Source: a virus
Taxonomy: Duplodnaviria; Heunggongvirae; Uroviricota; Caudoviricetes
IMG/VR virus record: IMGVR_UViG_3300007609_001205
Coordinates: 104,834-151,869 of that record
DNA length: 47,036 nt
Reading direction: 5' to 3' (one strand)
A program made the translations under genes and the position numbers. This document shows positions 1 to 10,037 of this stretch, piece by piece (position 1 is the stretch's first letter; the number at the start of each line of letters is the position of its first letter). The notes beneath the pieces are model-generated. The model saw only the letters and a list, made by a program, of their open reading frames with translations. It made no database searches and had not been told where the DNA came from.

Positions 1-104
1 ATAACATATAAAGATAGGGGTGAGGTAGAGATATTCATAGAAACATCTAAAAGATTGCCCAATTATGGGTATATCCAAAGAGACAAAAAACTAAACGATC
101 TATT

Positions 105-419
105 ATGAACTACGACAAACGATATGTTGATATATTTTTGGCGGAAAAGCCAGAGATATACCGTACTGACTTCGAAAGAACTGCAGAAGGATTCTTAAAT
201 ATGGATGTAGATATAATACAAGAAATTTATAAAAACAAATTAAAATTTTCAGAAAGAGTCATTGGAATTTATAAATGGGGAAATATATATAATATCATTT
301 CAGTCAAAACATTTTTCCATGAAAAGGGAAGACAAACATTCACATCAAGAACTACCGACAAAGACAAATTCATACAATTGTATAGAAAGAAGGTTTTTGA
401 GAAATTACTGGATGAGTAA
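105..419 (+). CDS. hypothetical protein (104 aa) with C-terminal RxxxxxxLL-type motif
   Basis: ORF track; ends YRKKVFEKLLDE. Confidence 0.6.
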   Translation: MNYDKRYVDIFLAEKPEIYRTDFERTAEGFLNMDVDIIQEIYKNKLKFSERVIGIYKWGNIYNIISVKTFFHEKGRQTFTSRTTDKDKFIQLYRKKVFEKLLDE

Positions 420-1283
420 TTATTTCCTACTTTCTATATAACCTTTTATAATATTAATATGTTCAGTACTGAACATTCCCGGATTAACAATATCCAAAAA
501 ATCAAACATTCGTTCTTTGTTAAGGATAGGAGTATTACCTTTAACATATTCTCTATCCTCGGTTGGGTAAGATTCAATTTCACGGAAATACTCTCTAAAT
601 TTACCATAACGGAAACTAGGTATATGAAATGAAACACACCCATCCATAAGTTCAGAATTTTTTGTTTTTGTATAAACCAATAAATAAGGCATTCCATCAA
701 TATCATGTCTGAACAATTTATCAATATAATCTTCCCTTGCAAAAAATCCAATTACCCAATCCTTCACTTTATAACAAAGAGACTTCTGCTTTTTACTCAC
801 TTCCCCTTTGGCTTTTGCGAACTTGTTACAATCCCTTGCTGACAACCCGACAACATCCAGAAAATCCACCCACTTTCTAATGTTATATTTATCCATGAAT
901 TCAAAATATTTATGATAAACTTTTGAGAAACGATCACATAAGCCATATTTTAATACAAAGAAATAACTTGCACTTGTCCAATTTTCGGTCTTTTTACTCA
1001 ATCGCCATTCACTTCTCCGCCACCCAATAATATTATCGATCTCACTAACGTATTTTTCTACAAGGTTTTCCATATCATAGTCAATTCTATCATCTCTTCC
1101 ATCCTTAACAACAGTAACCTTTAGACGTAAATCTTTACATAAACATTTCTTAATAGAATATCCACTATTTTCAAATATATCCTTCAGACCTTTAAACTCA
1201 GTATCCAACAAATCCATATCCCTTAACTTATAATTAGGATGGCTTGTGTGTTTTTCAAAAGTGTGCAAGTGTCTAAATTCCAT
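420..1283 (-). CDS. hypothetical protein (287 aa), probably late-expressed
   Basis: Long ORF; TAATATATA on minus strand at 1292-1300; N-terminus MEFRHLHTFE. Confidence 0.7.
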   Translation of the reverse strand: MEFRHLHTFEKHTSHPNYKLRDMDLLDTEFKGLKDIFENSGYSIKKCLCKDLRLKVTVVKDGRDDRIDYDMENLVEKYVSEIDNIIGWRRSEWRLSKKTENWTSASYFFVLKYGLCDRFSKVYHKYFEFMDKYNIRKWVDFLDVVGLSARDCNKFAKAKGEVSKKQKSLCYKVKDWVIGFFAREDYIDKLFRHDIDGMPYLLVYTKTKNSELMDGCVSFHIPSFRYGKFREYFREIESYPTEDREYVKGNTPILNKERMFDFLDIVNPGMFSTEHINIIKGYIESRK

Positions 1284-1301
1284 CTATTTATTATATATTA
1301 A

Positions 1302-2498
1302 TCAATCCAGATCATTTTCACGGAACTTCCTATTATAATCAACTTTATTCATTTGATCTTTAGGAATCCATTTATATTTAGGAATCCATTTACGGTCATA
1401 TATGTCATTTGAGAAATAATTATACATTTCCAATTTACTATAAGGTAAAGGTACCAATTCTGCTAACTTATTCAAATCTTTAACACTTGAAATACGATAA
1501 AGAAGTTTATGTGGGTCGGTTGCTTTTTTCTTTTCGACTATATCATTGAACAATTTACGCCAAAGGAAAACCGGTTTCCCATCATTCAATTTCTCTAAAG
1601 TTTTCTTATTACCAACCTTATCATTATCATAAAAATATTGAAGGTCGATGTCATTGGTTTCGAGAAATTTAAGGTCAGTATTAACACCTACTACTCCAAT
1701 TGAATTTGGCCAGAACAATGAGTCAAGATATCCCTCGAAAAGAGTTATAGTGGAAGAAAAATTGACATTTAAAACATTAAAGAAATAACTGAGTTTGTTA
1801 TACACCACCATTTGGTGATCATCTATTTCAAATTCCGGATTTACCCATTCATATAATGATTCATAATTGTATATTACGAAAAACCTTCGCCTTCCTTTCC
1901 TCAAATTACGAACCTGAATACCAAGTACTTTATTTTCTTTACGATTCAGAAGAACTATAACATGTTCAAAACCCTCATCACCTTTATGGAACTTTGCCTG
2001 ATAGATATTCTCGTGTTTATCCTCAGGAATACCACGACCAATAAGATACTTATATATCCCACCATTTTTGACTATTGGTTTAAGGTCATATATAGGGCTT
2101 ACCTTCTTAACATTACATGCTTCTATAAGGTCATCCATCTCTATAAGGTCATCAAATTTAGTGTCTATGAAACCATCAGAATAATCGTTATATGTTATAT
2201 TGTTATTGAGATGTTCAATTATCTCTAACTTCTTATCGGGGTCAAGAACCTCATCGTAATCTTTAACGAATTTATCGAATGTGGTTTTCTTTTCACAATC
2301 TCCATTGAAACAAACATAGAACAATCTATCGAAATAGATGTTACCACGTTTTGCAAATTTGTTCTTATGTGAATCACCACAATAAGGACATGCAAAGTTT
2401 ATCCTATCATCATAAACCTTTATAACTCTTTGGGCAGGTTCAATGTGACTCTTATCGAGTATCTTCTGTGTAACTGCCTCTAAATAACCTCGATCCAT
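1302..2498 (-). CDS. DNA primase, T4 gp61-like
   Basis: Zn ribbon FACPYCGDS...C, TOPRIM FEGYLDS and YFYDND; start moved from 2561 to ATG at 2498 (MDRGYLE). Confidence 0.85.
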   Translation of the reverse strand: MDRGYLEAVTQKILDKSHIEPAQRVIKVYDDRINFACPYCGDSHKNKFAKRGNIYFDRLFYVCFNGDCEKKTTFDKFVKDYDEVLDPDKKLEIIEHLNNNITYNDYSDGFIDTKFDDLIEMDDLIEACNVKKVSPIYDLKPIVKNGGIYKYLIGRGIPEDKHENIYQAKFHKGDEGFEHVIVLLNRKENKVLGIQVRNLRKGRRRFFVIYNYESLYEWVNPEFEIDDHQMVVYNKLSYFFNVLNVNFSSTITLFEGYLDSLFWPNSIGVVGVNTDLKFLETNDIDLQYFYDNDKVGNKKTLEKLNDGKPVFLWRKLFNDIVEKKKATDPHKLLYRISSVKDLNKLAELVPLPYSKLEMYNYFSNDIYDRKWIPKYKWIPKDQMNKVDYNRKFRENDLD

Positions 2499-2607
2499 AC
2501 CACTTATACACAAAAAAGTGAATTGGTTTATGAAAAGGCACACCACCCAGTAAAAATTCATTTTCCGAAAAAAAAAATAGATCGATGCCCTTTTAATATA
2601 TTTTTCT

Positions 2608-2615
2608 TATATTTG
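2608..2615 (+). promoter_or_regulatory. Bacteroidota-type -7 promoter element (TAnnTTTG)
   Basis: TATATTTG 4 nt before ATG 2620; no clear -33 TTTG. Confidence 0.4.
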
Positions 2616-2619
2616 TACC

Positions 2620-3348
2620 ATGGAATTCAAATTCGAAGATATTATTTCAGTTGGAGACTTACACGGTCATTGGGAAGTTGTTATTGAACATATTAATAGA
2701 TATGACATCAAAAACACCTTATACCTATGTGTTGGTGATTTTGGTGTGGGGACACACCTCACAAAAAATAAAGAATTTCTTTTGAAATTGAATGATACAT
2801 TAAAATCAAGCAATAACTCATTCTTCACAATCCGTGGCAACCACGATGACCCAGAATGGTTTGTTAGTGGAAAACACGATGATTTCAAGAAACAATTATC
2901 AAACATCTTATTCATTGAAGATTATTCTATATTGAATATCAATGATGAGAATTATTTATTCATTGGTGGAGCACATTCGGTTGATAGAGTTGCACGGAAT
3001 GGAAGAGGTCTTCCACATTGGGAAGATGAGGTTGTTAGATTTGATTATGATTTCTGTGAAACAGTATCCAATATCGATAGGATGTTCTGCCATACCTCGC
3101 CTATGTTCTGTCCACCAATTGGCCCACATTCTGGATTTATTATGGATAATGCCGAGTCAGACCCTAGTTTATTACAGGACATTTACAATGAAAGAACACA
3201 AATGACTAAGATTGTTGATGATATTATGGCTAATAATAAATTGAAAACGTTCCATTATGGACATTTTCATAAGCCAAGTAAAATCACACACAATGGCTGT
3301 GAATTCATATGTTTGGATATCAATGAATTCTCGATGATCAACTATTAA
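2620..3348 (+). CDS. calcineurin-like metallophosphoesterase
   Basis: GDLHG, GDFG, RGNHD, HTSP, GHFH motifs. Confidence 0.9.
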   Translation: MEFKFEDIISVGDLHGHWEVVIEHINRYDIKNTLYLCVGDFGVGTHLTKNKEFLLKLNDTLKSSNNSFFTIRGNHDDPEWFVSGKHDDFKKQLSNILFIEDYSILNINDENYLFIGGAHSVDRVARNGRGLPHWEDEVVRFDYDFCETVSNIDRMFCHTSPMFCPPIGPHSGFIMDNAESDPSLLQDIYNERTQMTKIVDDIMANNKLKTFHYGHFHKPSKITHNGCEFICLDINEFSMINY

Positions 3349-3369
3349 AAACATACAAATTCAGAAATC

Positions 3370-3606
3370 ATGAAAGTTTATTCTAAAATTTATTTAGTGT
3401 CAGACCCATTTGGGACAAAAGAGTATGCTACTTGTCAAGAAAGTAGTGATATCATACAGATCAATAGCCTAAAAAATAGTTTAGGCGAAAACAAATTCTT
3501 TGAATCAGATGCATACCATCTTGAAGATTGGTGTATTGAAAATGGTTTTGAATATAAGTGTATTAATAAGGAATATGACTTTGACGAATTGTGGAAAGAT
3601 CAATAG
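3370..3606 (+). CDS. hypothetical protein (78 aa)
   Basis: ORF track; fills the intergenic space. Confidence 0.6.
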   Translation: MKVYSKIYLVSDPFGTKEYATCQESSDIIQINSLKNSLGENKFFESDAYHLEDWCIENGFEYKCINKEYDFDELWKDQ

Positions 3607-5078
3607 CTTACAATAACTTGATAAGGATATTTTCTACCATCATCTACACTTTCCTCAAACTCCTTATTGGTTTTATCCAAATGAGATTTCATTTTTACAA
3701 AATCTGATTCCTCTTTGAAACCCAATAAAAATCTACTATCTTTCTTCCATGGACCACCAAGCCTACAACTCCAAGCACGGTGACCCTCGACCATTTTACG
3801 TGCATCTATACCAGCATCTTTGAGCAAATTACCAACTGCTTCAAGTGTGTAAGAATTATCTAACCCACTATTTTCTTTTTCCAAATCTTCTTTGGTTAAA
3901 ACATCTTTCTTTGCTGATTCTACTTTGGTAGCCAAATCATCTTTTGATGATTCATTAAAATTTCCAAAATTCTTTAAATGTTCCATAATATCTTTCTTCT
4001 TTTTTTTACTCTCAATGGAGTTCTTCTTCTTTTTAACATCCTCTTCTTCTTCTAATTCTTTAGAAACCTTCGCAAGTTCTTTTGAGGATTTTTTAAGTAT
4101 CGAATTGGTAGAGTTCTCACTATCAGTGTATATATTATCTGATAATTTACCAAAATCTTTAAACCCCACTAATGAGGATTGAAGTCCCGGAGTCCCACCA
4201 ACAAAGGTATTGGCATTTGATTCTATTTTACGAACTATTTTCTTCATATCATTTGGGTCATTTGTATTCTTTATAACATATTCCTTTATATGTGTGAATT
4301 CCTCATGGTCTAAATTTTTAATAAGATCTTCCATATGTCGTACATTTCCTAGATCATCATCAGAAAATCCTATCTTTGCATATACACCTAACTCACCTGC
4401 CCACTTATTGACCTTCTGTTTAAAGTCAAGTAACGCCTTTTCCTTTTCCTTTTCGGGGTTACTTGTATCACCACCCCGTGATGGTGCAGATATACCAACC
4501 AGATCACAATGCGATATATATCGTTTAAACACCCCATTATCACTTGGCTTACCTTGTATTTTCCGAGGTATGTCTTTAATATCCTTTCCAAATTGATATT
4601 CAAATCGGATAAGGTTCATATACATTGTACTCTTTTGGTCATCAGTCAGATAATCATCTATAATGTATTCTATACCTTTGGCAATCGATTTTGGTTCATG
4701 ACCACGGGCTGTTATAATAGCAAAAAGTGATCCATTCACGAGACATTCAATGAAGTCATCCCATGATGGACCAAACTTCTCATCTTTTATTGCCGATATA
4801 ACATCCTCGAAAAAGGCATTAGAACCCCTCGGACCATTATCACGGAACTCAGAAAAAGCCTTTTCTGGATCATTATCAATGATTCTATAATCGTCATCTG
4901 ATCTAACTGAAGCAAATTCACTGGTTGAAATATCAACTGGAACCCATTCATCATCTACTAGTCTTTCCATATGGATGACTGTAGGCATATTCAGAATATT
5001 ATCATCTACATCAAAGGCATAGAATAATATATGATCACCTGACCAATTCTCATTATATGATGAGAATCTGGTTATCAC
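3600..5078 (-). CDS. HAD-superfamily phosphatase-like protein with charged linker and extra C-terminal domain
   Basis: Motif I FDVDD, motif II ITAR, motif IV FSDDD. Confidence 0.7.
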   Translation of the reverse strand: MITRFSSYNENWSGDHILFYAFDVDDNILNMPTVIHMERLVDDEWVPVDISTSEFASVRSDDDYRIIDNDPEKAFSEFRDNGPRGSNAFFEDVISAIKDEKFGPSWDDFIECLVNGSLFAIITARGHEPKSIAKGIEYIIDDYLTDDQKSTMYMNLIRFEYQFGKDIKDIPRKIQGKPSDNGVFKRYISHCDLVGISAPSRGGDTSNPEKEKEKALLDFKQKVNKWAGELGVYAKIGFSDDDLGNVRHMEDLIKNLDHEEFTHIKEYVIKNTNDPNDMKKIVRKIESNANTFVGGTPGLQSSLVGFKDFGKLSDNIYTDSENSTNSILKKSSKELAKVSKELEEEEDVKKKKNSIESKKKKKDIMEHLKNFGNFNESSKDDLATKVESAKKDVLTKEDLEKENSGLDNSYTLEAVGNLLKDAGIDARKMVEGHRAWSCRLGGPWKKDSRFLLGFKEESDFVKMKSHLDKTNKEFEESVDDGRKYPYQVIVSY

Positions 5079-5087
5079 AATTACCGA

Positions 5088-5375
5088 TTATTTTCTATTC
5101 TTAACGAATTCAGAGAAAGATTCGAACTGTGCCTGAGGTACTTCATCTTCTGACTGTACTTCGTCATCTTCAAAGTCTTCTACCTCACCTTCTTCATCAC
5201 CGAATGCCTTAAGGTCTTCATCACCTTCTTCGCCATCCTCGACACCTTCACCTTCTTCCATTTCAACTGTGAATTCCTCTACAACTTCCTCATCTAGCAT
5301 TGCCATTACAGAAATTCTATCATCATCACTTGAAACAACGATTTCGTATCCTTCAATTTCTACTGTAGTTTTCAT
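5088..5375 (-). CDS. small highly acidic protein (possible prohead core/scaffold-like)
   Basis: E/D-rich 95 aa; TAATATATA at 5400-5408; function is inference only. Confidence 0.6.
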   Translation of the reverse strand: MKTTVEIEGYEIVVSSDDDRISVMAMLDEEVVEEFTVEMEEGEGVEDGEEGDEDLKAFGDEEGEVEDFEDDEVQSEDEVPQAQFESFSEFVKNRK

Positions 5376-5469
5376 ATTTTTAAGTTATTTTTTATAGTAT
5401 ATATATTAACATTAAATACCTAAAAATATACATTTAAACATTTTCAATTAAAATCAATAAAAAATACGT

Positions 5470-6087
5470 ATGGAATCAAATAAGTCTTATAAATCAATAT
5501 CCAATATTATACACGACCGTAGCAGTATAATGGGTATAGATAATAACCAAGTGGATATATTTCACCATTTACTATCACAAAGGATACTTATTATAAGTGG
5601 TAAAATAGACACATATATATGTGAATTCACAAAGGCTTCATTGTTATACCTTTCTTCGGAAAGTGATGAAGATATAACCTTATACATAAATTCACCAGGT
5701 GGTTCTGTTTATGATGGGCTTGGACTACTTGATGTTATGGAATATGTAAAACCTGATATTGTAACTATTAATACCGGGCTTTGTGCATCTATGGGTGCAA
5801 TTATACTATGTTCTGGTACAAAGGGCAAAAGAAAGGCATTAAAACGAAGCAGAACAATGATTCACCAACCGATTGGTGGTGGTTGGATGCAGCAAGCATC
5901 TGATATGGTAATTGAGGCACAGGAAATTAATGATTTGAAAAAAGAGCTGTATAAAATAATATCCACAAACACCAACCAAGATTATGAAAAAGTTGAGCAA
6001 GACTCTGACCGAGATTATTGGATGAATGCAAAAGATGCACTGAAATACGGAATGATAGATGAGATTCTGACAACTGCAAAATCTTGA
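5470..6087 (+). CDS. clpP: ATP-dependent Clp protease proteolytic subunit
   Basis: YINSPGG, GLCASMG (Ser), MIHQP (His), DRDYWM (Asp). Confidence 0.95.
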   Translation: MESNKSYKSISNIIHDRSSIMGIDNNQVDIFHHLLSQRILIISGKIDTYICEFTKASLLYLSSESDEDITLYINSPGGSVYDGLGLLDVMEYVKPDIVTINTGLCASMGAIILCSGTKGKRKALKRSRTMIHQPIGGGWMQQASDMVIEAQEINDLKKELYKIISTNTNQDYEKVEQDSDRDYWMNAKDALKYGMIDEILTTAKS

Positions 6088-6143
6088 CCAAACCGACCAT
6101 CCAAACAAACCATTTATTGATTACTATGAACTACATAAAAAGC

Positions 6144-6178
6144 GAAACCACCAAGTAGCGACACATGGTGGTTTCTTT
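6144..6178. terminator. probable bidirectional intrinsic terminator between convergent genes
   Basis: 10-bp stem GAAACCACCA (6144-6153) / TGGTGGTTTC (6166-6175), flanked by A and T runs. Confidence 0.6.
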
Positions 6179-6226
6179 ATAGTCGTAACTATAAACCGGT
6201 CCTAAATGAGATTTCACATCTCCCGG

Positions 6227-6577
6227 TTATTTTTTCTTAGGTTCTTTCCTTTTAGAAGTTGTTTTCTTAGCAGGTGCCTTTTTCTTAGCAGGTGCTTTCC
6301 TTTTAGAAGTTGCCTTCTTAGCAGGTGCTTTCCTCTTAGCAGGTGCTTTCCTCTTAGCAGGTGCTTTCCTCTTAGCAGGTGCTTTCCTTTTTGATTTATC
6401 TTCAACAACAGGTTCAGCAACCTTTGTTTTACTCTCCTCTTTAACGGGTTTCTCTTCTACTTCACCAACAGACTCAAACACTGGTACATCATCATTAGAA
6501 GAATCTTTAAAAATCCAACCAAAGAGAGATTTAAGGATTGACCACACACCCTTTACAATTTTCTTTAAATAATTCAT
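6227..6577 (-). CDS. histone H1-like basic protein with KRKAPA repeats
   Basis: Repeated AKRKAPA/AKKKAPA; acidic middle; amphipathic N-terminus. Confidence 0.75.
   Translation of the reverse strand: MNYLKKIVKGVWSILKSLFGWIFKDSSNDDVPVFESVGEVEEKPVKEESKTKVAEPVVEDKSKRKAPAKRKAPAKRKAPAKRKAPAKKATSKRKAPAKKKAPAKKTTSKRKEPKKK
6266..6388. repeat. 18-nt coding tandem repeat
   Basis: CTTAGCAGGTGCTTTCCT x4 exact at 6317-6388, another exact copy at 6284-6301, variant at 6266-6283. Confidence 0.95.
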
Positions 6578-6683
6578 TACACGTGTATTTATTTTTAGAT
6601 ATATATAAAAAACAACACTCCCTATAACAACTTGATTTTCAATTATTTAAAACAATCATTTTAATAAAAAATATAAGTAATGT

Positions 6684-8309
6684 ATGAAGTTTAAATATGA
6701 CAAAGAGAAGGAAGAACTTGTAGTTACAGATGCATCGAGAATCGAGTACCACCAATTGAAAGTGTGGTTATCAAGACATGTAAAGGGGTATAAATTCATG
6801 CCAGCTTTTAAAATGGGTATATGGAATGGGCAACAAACATATTTTAAAGACGGTCGAATCAACTTAGGCCTTTGGAAAGAATGTGTCAAAGCAGCTAGGG
6901 AAATTGGCTCATCTTTCCAACTTGAAAACAAGGAAGATTTCCCATTGAACCGTGAAGTCACACAAGAATCTGTTAAAGAATTCTGTGAGAAATTTTTCAA
7001 AAATCACAAAGTGAAGGATAAATCCGGTAAATGGGTTTCGTTTATGCCGTATGACCATCAGATTGAAACTGCATTTAAAATATTAAAGAATAGATATTGC
7101 ATGGCAGAAGTTGCTACATCAGGTGGTAAATCACTTATCATATCGATTGTTATGTTTTATACACTAAAGAATTTAAACCCAGATGCTAAATTCCTTATGA
7201 TAGTACCATCAATAACATTAGTTACCCAATTTTATGATAACTTATTGGAATATAACTATGGTGAAAATTCACTTGCACAATTAAGGAGTGATAAGTTAGA
7301 ATCATTACTAAGAGACGAAGATTATTATGGACCATGTAACCTTAGAATAGAAGAAGTTATGTCTGACAAACCAAGAAAGCATTCAGGTGTACAAGATGCT
7401 AATGTGTATATAGGAACATATCAGTCACTGGAAAAATGGCCAAAGAAATTCTTTCAACAATTCCACACCATATCTTGTGATGAGGCACATGGTGCAAAAG
7501 CCAAAACAACTCTCACAATACTCAAAAAAACATTTGGTCATGCATATTCACGATTTGGTGTTTCTGGAACATTTCCACCAGAAGACTCGTGTGAAATATT
7601 AACCATACAATCGGTGCTTGGTCCACTTATAACAGAAGTTTCTGCCAAACAACTAAAAGACAAGGGCATAATAACCCCAATGAAAATAAAGGCACTTATA
7701 ATGAACCACAATGATCCTGCCTTTGCAAGACAAATGGATGAAATAAAACGAGGTGGGTTGGGTAAAGAAATATTAAACTTCGAAAAGAAATATATCCAAG
7801 AATCAGAACAAAGAAAAGAAATAATTGGGAAAATAATTGACAAGTGTGATAAAAACACACTGATCCTTTTCCACTCTATTGAACATGGGAAAGCACTTTT
7901 AGATTTTTTAAGTAAAAGATGTGGAGACAAAGAATTCTTTTATATAGATGGTGAAGTCAAGAACAAAAAAAGGGAAGAAATCAAAAACAAAATGGAAGAA
8001 ACCGGTGGTAAAGTCAAGATACTTATTGCATCATTCGGGACATTATCTACAGGAGTTTCGATAAAGGCCATATTCAATGTAATATTTGCAGACTCATTCA
8101 AATCAGAACAAATAATAATTCAGTCTATTGGTAGGGCACTTAGATTACACAAGGACAAATCGACTGCATATATTTTTGATCTCGTAGATGTTTTTACAGA
8201 AAACAATCCCAAAAATATACTTTATAGACATTTTCTGGAACGTAAGAAATTTTACTTCAAAAGGGAATACCCATATTCAACCAAAACAATAATGTTACAA
8301 AACAAATAA
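6684..8309 (+). CDS. uvsW: superfamily II DNA helicase, T4 UvsW-like
   Basis: ATSGGKS, CDEAH, SGT, STGVSI, QSIGRALR motifs. Confidence 0.9.
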   Translation: MKFKYDKEKEELVVTDASRIEYHQLKVWLSRHVKGYKFMPAFKMGIWNGQQTYFKDGRINLGLWKECVKAAREIGSSFQLENKEDFPLNREVTQESVKEFCEKFFKNHKVKDKSGKWVSFMPYDHQIETAFKILKNRYCMAEVATSGGKSLIISIVMFYTLKNLNPDAKFLMIVPSITLVTQFYDNLLEYNYGENSLAQLRSDKLESLLRDEDYYGPCNLRIEEVMSDKPRKHSGVQDANVYIGTYQSLEKWPKKFFQQFHTISCDEAHGAKAKTTLTILKKTFGHAYSRFGVSGTFPPEDSCEILTIQSVLGPLITEVSAKQLKDKGIITPMKIKALIMNHNDPAFARQMDEIKRGGLGKEILNFEKKYIQESEQRKEIIGKIIDKCDKNTLILFHSIEHGKALLDFLSKRCGDKEFFYIDGEVKNKKREEIKNKMEETGGKVKILIASFGTLSTGVSIKAIFNVIFADSFKSEQIIIQSIGRALRLHKDKSTAYIFDLVDVFTENNPKNILYRHFLERKKFYFKREYPYSTKTIMLQNK

Positions 8310-8319
8310 AAGAACAATT

Positions 8320-8553
8320 ATGAAACACTTAAATAAATACAACGAATCTTCCTTTGAAGAATTTAAAAAACTTTATAAGAAATCTGAATACAGAAAAGCA
8401 GCAAATATATTGTTATCTGGGTGGGGCAATGATAGAACACCAATTGATAAAAAAGAGGTAGATAGAATAAATGATTATATTGAAAAAACACCAAAAACCA
8501 AACAAGCAGAATATACCAAAGTGTTCAATGGTATGACCGGTACATTCTCTTAA
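8320..8553 (+). CDS. small hypothetical protein with MKHLNKYNES N-terminus
   Basis: ORF track; N-terminal motif shared with other ORFs. Confidence 0.7.
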   Translation: MKHLNKYNESSFEEFKKLYKKSEYRKAANILLSGWGNDRTPIDKKEVDRINDYIEKTPKTKQAEYTKVFNGMTGTFS

Positions 8554-10019
8554 ACATTATCCCTTGGTAAAAACTCAACCTGACCATCATCATATTTCAG
8601 CCTTAAAACAGTTCTTATCTGCTTTAACTTACGTTTTTTCTTATAAACACCATCACCCTCACGACTACCCCTCTTATTAGTATTTCCCTCAATAGTCTCT
8701 ATTTTATTATTACTTACTTGTGATATGGCAATACCAATATGACTGAACGTAAATATGATTATATCACCTGGTAATATTTTATCAAAGGGTGGTTTAATGA
8801 TTTCCACATATTTTGAATTTTTCCTTGCCCAATTTTCAAAATCATATGCACCGGCAGTCCTCGGAAGTGTAAATGAATATCTAACACCATCCATATTAGA
8901 AACTGCCTTGAAACAAAAGCAAACAAATGCTGCACACCAAGGCCACCCCTTTGGATCGATTCCCGGTGTTTTTACAGGTGTTAACCAAGTAGAATCTTGA
9001 TAAACATAAACTTCCGGACCAGTGTTTGAATTTTTGGGGTCTTCTTTGACTCCTTCTTGGGTTAATGCAATTTCTACAACCTTCTTTGCAAAATCACTTA
9101 CTACACCTGATGATGGTCCTTCATTATCATCCACATACACAGGGTTACTTTTTGGTAATTTCTTTGTTGGGTCCAATAGAATGTTTGCCGCATCATTGTC
9201 ATCAATTGCAGGTGAGAATGATGGCACTTCATCATCAAAGTCAATAGAAACATCACTTACCTTTTTAGTAGATTTCCAATCATCTCCCGATACTTGATCA
9301 CTCTTTCTTTTCTTGGACATTTTATCGGGAACTGTTTTGATTTCTGAGTTACTATTAACATATACATTATTCGAAAGAAATTTGGGATCCCTTAATTCAA
9401 AGTATTCATTCAAAATATTCACAAACCCCGGTGTCGGTTGCACAGGAGCACTTTGGTTTCCCATATATGGTCCGGCACCAAGTCCAGCCAATTCCTTCAC
9501 AAACTTATCCATCCAATTCATAAAATTCGTACCAAGTATTGCTTGTTGGTCAGCATTTGCATCACCAAGTGACAACTTAGAATAATTATCCTTTAAATTT
9601 ATGTCTATGGTTGTATCTTGTATATTTATATTGTGAAACTTATAGTCAAGTATAAGACCTTCATCATCATTGGAATATATTTGTGTCTTGTGATCAAATA
9701 CAATAGATTTCATCGATCGATAACCACCTTCTGATAAATCCTTTAACTTATTTTCCAAATTCATATTATAATGGTCTGAATAAATATATTCAGGTTTATA
9801 TATGTTCCCATTATCAAAAACACAAGTTACCACTTTCCCGACTTCGGGTGCGTTGAATTCATTTCCGTTTATATCTTTCCATGGAGATGCCCATGGAATA
9901 TCTTCGGTGTCGATTTCTTCAAAAACATTCACTATACGAACTTTACACCTACCAAGTCTTTTGGGGTCATTATTATCCTCTACAATCCCAATATATGTTT
10001 TACTTCCATCAATGTACAT
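8550..10019 (-). CDS. baseplate hub/spike protein, gp5-like OB-fold plus C-terminal CHAP amidase
   Basis: YIGIVEDNNDPKRLGRCKVR / IPWASP (gp5/VgrG OB-fold); PWCAAFV, FSHIGIA, TIEGNT (CHAP). Confidence 0.85.
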   Translation of the reverse strand: MYIDGSKTYIGIVEDNNDPKRLGRCKVRIVNVFEEIDTEDIPWASPWKDINGNEFNAPEVGKVVTCVFDNGNIYKPEYIYSDHYNMNLENKLKDLSEGGYRSMKSIVFDHKTQIYSNDDEGLILDYKFHNINIQDTTIDINLKDNYSKLSLGDANADQQAILGTNFMNWMDKFVKELAGLGAGPYMGNQSAPVQPTPGFVNILNEYFELRDPKFLSNNVYVNSNSEIKTVPDKMSKKRKSDQVSGDDWKSTKKVSDVSIDFDDEVPSFSPAIDDNDAANILLDPTKKLPKSNPVYVDDNEGPSSGVVSDFAKKVVEIALTQEGVKEDPKNSNTGPEVYVYQDSTWLTPVKTPGIDPKGWPWCAAFVCFCFKAVSNMDGVRYSFTLPRTAGAYDFENWARKNSKYVEIIKPPFDKILPGDIIIFTFSHIGIAISQVSNNKIETIEGNTNKRGSREGDGVYKKKRKLKQIRTVLRLKYDDGQVEFLPRDNV

Positions 10020-10037
10020 AAATTATATATGCTTATT

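Noticed and set aside
6266-6388. CRISPR array
   Set aside because: Head-to-tail 18-nt coding repeats with no spacers; no cas genes seen.
6206-6420. ORFs 6206-6394 (+) and 6214-6420 (-) with repeats
   Set aside because: Shadow frames of the 18-nt repeat in the histone-like gene.
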